A DNA stretch of 64,000 bases from Mnemiopsis leidyi (taxonomy: Eukaryota). The first letter of the stretch is position 1; the number at the start of each line of letters is the position of its first letter. Position numbers and translations under genes: made by a program. The DNA lies in contig CM108484.1 of NCBI GenBank assembly GCA_048537945.1, positions 19,073,034 through 19,137,033 on the forward strand, written 5' to 3'. Positions 59,233-64,000 of this stretch are shown one piece after another. The notes below the pieces were generated by a model. The model saw only the letters and a list, made by a program, of their open reading frames with translations. It was not told where the DNA came from and did not search any database.

Positions 59233-61077
59233 TACATTCATTTTTTCCATCTCTAACACTTTTTTGCCGAAGGCAAAAAAGTAAAGTAGATGGTTTAAAG
59301 TGGTCGGATTTTGGAGGTGGTAGGTGGGTAGGTAGGTAGATGGACGTGTCCAGTGTCCGGTGTCTGGTGTCCCACCGCAATTTAACACATAGTGCAGTGC
59401 GCGCCACCGTTACCATGTCGACGTGACAAATTGCCTCCGCAAAGTTATTCTATGCCGAATATATATTTGTAAGTTTATCGCCGTTGTGCGGCGTACGTAT
59501 CACTATCAGAGTATTACTCCGAAGTATTATGTCAATTTTATATTCAATTCTAATGCTTATCTGACTTATGGTTTTAAGTTTATGCGCAACAGTGGCCAAT
59601 TATTTTATTGTTAAGTTTGCGATATCACGATGATATCAATAGATTATGTGACACAATATGACGACACGCAAATCTAACTGTGTAGCGTTGTCCTAATAAA
59701 CACATCGCAATGGGCCGATTGAATCAGCTATCGTTATTACTTCACGAATCGCATACCTCATGAATCGCGCTTGTCTGCACCTGATTTCACTTTCTTCATC
59801 AATATGAGTTATATTTGACTAGATGTAATGCGAGAGCCGCGTATCAGCCAAAGCAACATTCAAGCTAATGACACTGAAACTTCCTACAAAATTTAAGCAA
59901 AAAATAGACCTAGTCAAACTATTTGACTGCACCGTCAAAATTATCCACATCCGTTGTTTTGAATAGCTAAAATTTCACGGCCGGCTTTAGGTTTTCGAAA
60001 CCGAAAACTTATATAAATAAACAGCAGCCATTATCATCAGACAAGTTGCAATAAAAATGTTTCAGTTTCACGGCAAATATTTTCACTGTAGCTTCCATGG
60101 TATTCCATCAGCAGTCTTTGCGGCAGGATTTATTTTTACAACATATCTGCTGCCCAAATTCTATGCTTCTACTTCTAGCACTAGCAGAGGGCAAATCGAA
60201 GAAGCCTCTATACAATTTTAGAGATGGAAATCTAGCGTCCGCCTGAGACCTAACTAAGCGGGAACAATTCTTGTTTAATCTGGCATTCGACAAACACCCC
60301 TACAGAAAAGTGCCTCTAATTGTACCGACGGTACCTTAAATTTATGGTCTAAATTAAATTTTAAGTCGGACAAAAGTTGCTCAAGAAATTTTCGAAAAAT
60401 TCGAAACCTTAATTCAGGATTTTGAGGTCAAGCTTAATTGAGATCAGTATGATTTTTCAATTTAGCTTCATACACTAAATTTAATCTACACCATTTAAAA
60501 TGTACCTTCAACTCCAACAGAAAATAATTGAATTCAGGTCATCGTTGGGCTAAATTTTCAAATTATTTTTCTCAAATAATTAATTTAGGATTAAAGATTA
60601 AAATAGAAATCTTTAACTCCTAATAAAAAATTCTAAATTAGGGTCTTGATCGAGGCCTGATTAACTTTTTGATGCTAGAATTTTCTATGCGTAGATATTA
60701 ATGTTATTCATGATATTCATCTAAATAGATTCATTCTGACTGTTTCTGTTTAAATCAGTGATTAAGTTATGATATCACATTCACAAAATTGTTTGCAATG
60801 CAACAATTTGATTAGAAATATTGGTTCAATACAGCTAGCCATATTGATAATCGACAAACTGCCAAGTTTCCAGCAATCATTTTGAAATTATGTTTCTCTT
60901 TGCATATAACTGTATTTATCGATGTCACACTAACAGTGACCATGTATTGTAGATTAACGCACTTAAAATCGCTTACTCCAATTCGACTTACATCAATTTC
61001 AAAACTATCATTGATATTTGCCTTTATTACCAAATCGCTTCTAGGCCATTCTATTTGCGAATATTTTTGAAATTTTT

Positions 61078-61800
61078 CGCCTGCGGCGGGCATTTACTGA
61101 ATCATAAGATTTTAAATCATGCCCTTGAACCTCAGTTTTGTATCCATTGAAAGACTTCCTATGAGATTGGCCTTTATTACCAAATTGCTTCTAGGTCTAG
61201 GTCTGTGTCCAAATCCTCAAATTTTTCGCCTGCGGCAAACATGTTGAAATATAGATATGTGCAGAGGAACTTTATGCAAAAACTTTATGCTGAAAGCACG
61301 TTAGTTTCAAATTTTTGTGAATTCGGGGACAAAATATCTAAATTAAAAAAATATTTTCGGTACCTTAAATTGGGTAAATTTTAACTTATTTGCACCCATG
61401 TCGACAAAAGTCAATTAAACTTAAGTTCAAAAGAATTCTTATCGACTTTACTTTCACTTGTTATTGTTTGATCGTACATCTTGTTGCAGTTGTTGCAAGG
61501 CAATTATGTATACATTTCATGATGCAGATGTGAAATCCATTCTGCGGCCTGAGGCAGTTAAATCCTTTATGCTTTCAGCATAAAGTTTTTGCATAAAGTT
61601 CCTCTGCACATATCTATATTTCAACATGTTTGCCGCAGGCGAAAAATTTGAGGATTTGGACACAGACCTAGACCTAGAAGCAATTTGGTAATAAAGGCCA
61701 ATCTCATAGGAAGTCTTTCAATGGATACAAAACTGAGGTTCAAGGGCATGATTTAAAATCTTATGATTCAGTAAATGCCCGCCGCAGGCGAAAAATTTCA
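61078..61800. repeat. Near-perfect palindrome: 225-bp arms (61078-61302 and 61558-61800) around a ~255-bp spacer
   Basis: CGCCTGCGGCGGGCATTTACTGAATCATAAGATTTTAAATCATGCCCTTGAACC... and its exact reverse complement. Arm identity is about 99%. Confidence 0.85.
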
Positions 61801-61899
61801 AAAATATTCGCAGATTAAGATTAAGTGTGTAGCGTGTGTAGGTTTGGTATCGATTTAACCGCTCTCGTTTACTGCTCTGTTTAACGCCTATAGTACCTT

Positions 61900-62853
61900 G
61901 TGTATATACACTCGCACCGTGTATACAAGTGTTATCAGGGAACCATGCCTATGCCCCTTAATAACAAGCATGTGCATTTTCTTGATGAGACCTTTTGTGA
62001 ACCTTTCAATGCAAAATTTGTGGAGCAGATCTACCGAGCAACGGACAGTATTTGTGCGGAAATGCGAGAATGTATCAATGTCGATGGAAATGACCTAGTG
62101 CGGGCGGCAAACATGATGAAGAAGACTATCACTCGTGATAAGCTTATCAGTTGGGTGGAGACACTAAATTGTATTTTGGATGGTCATGTTGTTCCTCTTC
62201 TGGAAAAGGCAGTTGAAATGCAATCCGAGAATCAGAAACTAAAAGATGAGAAAATCAAGGATCAAGAAACGATTATAAGTCTACAAAATAAACTAGTCGA
62301 GAAGAAGGATGAAGAAATTTCCTCGATGAAGTCCACTGTCCAAACGGAGCTGAAAAGCTATTCTTCAGCGTTGTCTCAAAGCTGTAAAGCCGCCCTAGCC
62401 CCTAGAAAAATTGAAGCTGCAGTGAAGAGAGTGTCTGACAAGGAGGACAGGAGCAGAAATGTTATCATTTACGGCGTGAAAGAAGAAAGTGGAGAAGACC
62501 TTAATCAGTGTGTCGACAGTATTTTGACTGAAATTGAGGAGAAACCACGTATAATAGACTGTTGCCGAATCGGAAACGTGAAGCAGGATATGTGTCGCCC
62601 GATAAAGTTTACCGTGTCAAATTATGACCATGTGAGACAGATCTTGCAGAAATGTAAAACACTGCGCAACAAAGAGGGATATAAATCAGTATATCTGAGT
62701 CCTGATCACACCGTCGATGAACGTAAAGCTTTCAGAAAGCTGCTTGATGAGCTTAGACAGAAAAGGATTTCTGAACCGGAATTTGTTCATATATTGAGGA
62801 ACAATAAGATAACCAGTGTTCCGAAGGACAGTGCCACAGCCAACACTGGATAG
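61900..62853 (+). CDS. LINE ORF1-like protein (coiled coil plus RRM-like: DKEDRSRNVIIYGVKEESGE ... RIGNVKQDMCRPIKFTVSNYDHVRQIL), with no ORF2 following
   Basis: The RSRN.II.G..E, RIG, RP.K.T motif order is as in ORF1p. Only about 700 bp separate it from a LINE-type 3' tail repeat. Confidence 0.5.
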   Translation: MYIHSHRVYKCYQGTMPMPLNNKHVHFLDETFCEPFNAKFVEQIYRATDSICAEMRECINVDGNDLVRAANMMKKTITRDKLISWVETLNCILDGHVVPLLEKAVEMQSENQKLKDEKIKDQETIISLQNKLVEKKDEEISSMKSTVQTELKSYSSALSQSCKAALAPRKIEAAVKRVSDKEDRSRNVIIYGVKEESGEDLNQCVDSILTEIEEKPRIIDCCRIGNVKQDMCRPIKFTVSNYDHVRQILQKCKTLRNKEGYKSVYLSPDHTVDERKAFRKLLDELRQKRISEPEFVHILRNNKITSVPKDSATANTG

Positions 62854-63227
62854 TTCTGAACATAATTGAGTTTCAATTTTCACGTGACCGGATCACCGCA
62901 CGTTTTGTTTTTGTTTATTTTAAGGGGCCAAGTTTATACAGGTACAGACTTTCTAGTCAGTACAATCACTGTGTTTTGGTATCCCATCATTTTATACAGA
63001 CGGATGCAACTTTATTCGGATATTTATTTATGATCATGTATAATTGCTGTTCTGTATAATTTGAAAAGATTTCGATAAAAAAATACACCATTAAGTTTGA
63101 TAAAGGAGCGTGCGCATGGACGGACGGACGGACGGATGGACACAATTTGAGCTAATATTCCAAAATACTCCGATTTACGCTGTCGATCGCCAACCCTTGT
63201 TTTGTACTTTTTGTGCACGTGCACAAA

Positions 63228-63300
63228 ACGTATCAAAAAAATCTTGCCATTGGGCCCTTCGGGCCCAAATGGCAAGATACGGGAAAAAATCTTTTGCAAG
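63228..63300. repeat. 16-bp-stem perfect hairpin (TCTTGCCATTGGGCCC TTC GGGCCCAAATGGCAAGA)
   Basis: The stem and loop are visible directly in the sequence. Confidence 0.8.
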
Positions 63301-63566
63301 GGTCCCCCCGTGTGTTCAAAATCGAGAATTTTGAAGAAAAACTCATTAGTCACAAAGATTGTTATGACACACTTTCTTAGACTATTTTTAAGCATAGAAT
63401 TCAAATATGACCATGAAAATTGTTTAAAATTTTCAGAAAAGGCAAAACAAATAAAAATATACATAAATCACACAAAGTGTTGTTATGGTAAACTTAAAAA
63501 AGTGTTCGATTTACAGCCCAAAAAAAGTGACCTTATATCTGGCATTTAGACAACTCAAGGGTGGCT

Positions 63567-64000
63567 CTAACAATTTTTGTCTGCAAGTTGAAATTTGTCA
63601 GAAAAATTGCTACTTATATTTCAAGTGTCTGTAAATCTTTCCCCATTCCTAGGAAACAGACTTTCCATAGCATCATAATTTTTCTACCGAGGTCTTCTAC
63701 CTGTGTGCAAAGTTTCAAGGTGCTTGACAGTTCTCAGTAGGGTGTGCAAATTTTCAAAGGTAGTTAACATAAAAAATAAATTTTTGGGACTAGGCAACTT
63801 TGGACGGGTGCCATTAAGTCAAATTTTATTAGTTTTTCGTGAATTTTTTACAGCTGCTTTACAAAGGTATCAATAAAATTCGTGCAAATTTTCAACACGA
63901 TTCAATGAGAAACGGCTGATTTTTATTCATGCAATGTAAATTTCCAAAAATTTCCAAATTCTCGGAATTGATGGTGCAATTGATGCCCGTTAGGGTGCTT
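63567..64000 (+). repeat. Nonautonomous repeat R, full copy with LINE-type 3' tail (...AAATTTCCAAAAATTTCCAAATTCTCGGAATTGATGGTGCAATTGATGCCCGTTAGGGTGCTT), running off the window end
   Basis: The last ~75 bp match the 3' terminus of the LINE at 52562-52640 (reverse complement). The body matches 58848-59232. Confidence 0.7.

Noticed and set aside
61078-63935. Inverted R copies interpreted as TIRs of a 5-kb DNA transposon
   Set aside because: One R copy carries a LINE-type 3' tail and the other abuts a LINE 5' end. No transposase ORF lies between them, only an ORF1-like gene. Independent retroelement insertions explain the arrangement better.

Overview
This window is eukaryotic (metazoan-type) nuclear DNA, not a prokaryotic locus. 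It has canonical GT-AG introns, LINE, SINE and MITE retroelement debris, and microsatellites and minisatellites. There are no CRISPR arrays, operons or rRNA genes.

I can support three host genes, all on the + strand.
- **NRBP/MADM-like pseudokinase gene (about 26753-35955, 12 exons):** five of its introns carry tandem arrays built from their own splice-junction sequence.
- **WW-domain gene (about 42265-49496, 14 exons):** it encodes a WW domain, a Gln/Ala-rich coiled coil and a CUE/UBA-like domain. A tandemly duplicated exon pair sits inside a 1.25-kb segmental duplication, and the C-terminus carries NGRDPSL-type repeats.
- **Intronless 458-aa ORF (50742-52118):** it has two C-terminal dsRBD-like motifs.

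The rest of the window is mobile-element landscape.
- **RLE-type non-LTR element (2.3-8.3 kb):** it has an N-terminal PHD finger, and a CR1-like LINE 3' fragment inserted into it with a 6-bp TSD (ATCGTG).
- **Second copy of the CR1-like 3' fragment (16.4-18.4 kb, -):** a roughly 67-bp mini-element with a 10-bp TSD sits in its 3'UTR.
- **Full-length CR1/L2-like LINE (52.56-58.84 kb, -):** it carries ORF1 (coiled coil plus RRM-like), a PHD-finger ORF and an APE+RT ORF2. A tRNA-derived SINE interrupts ORF2, and three SINE copies are present in the window.
- **Modular foldback-like repeat family:** it has about 95-bp TIRs, internal palindromes and GCGGCACTTGCGGCACTC tandem blocks, in four clusters. 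There are also two MITEs and several large hairpins and palindromes.

All coordinates and domain calls come from reading the sequence by eye; none has been computed.
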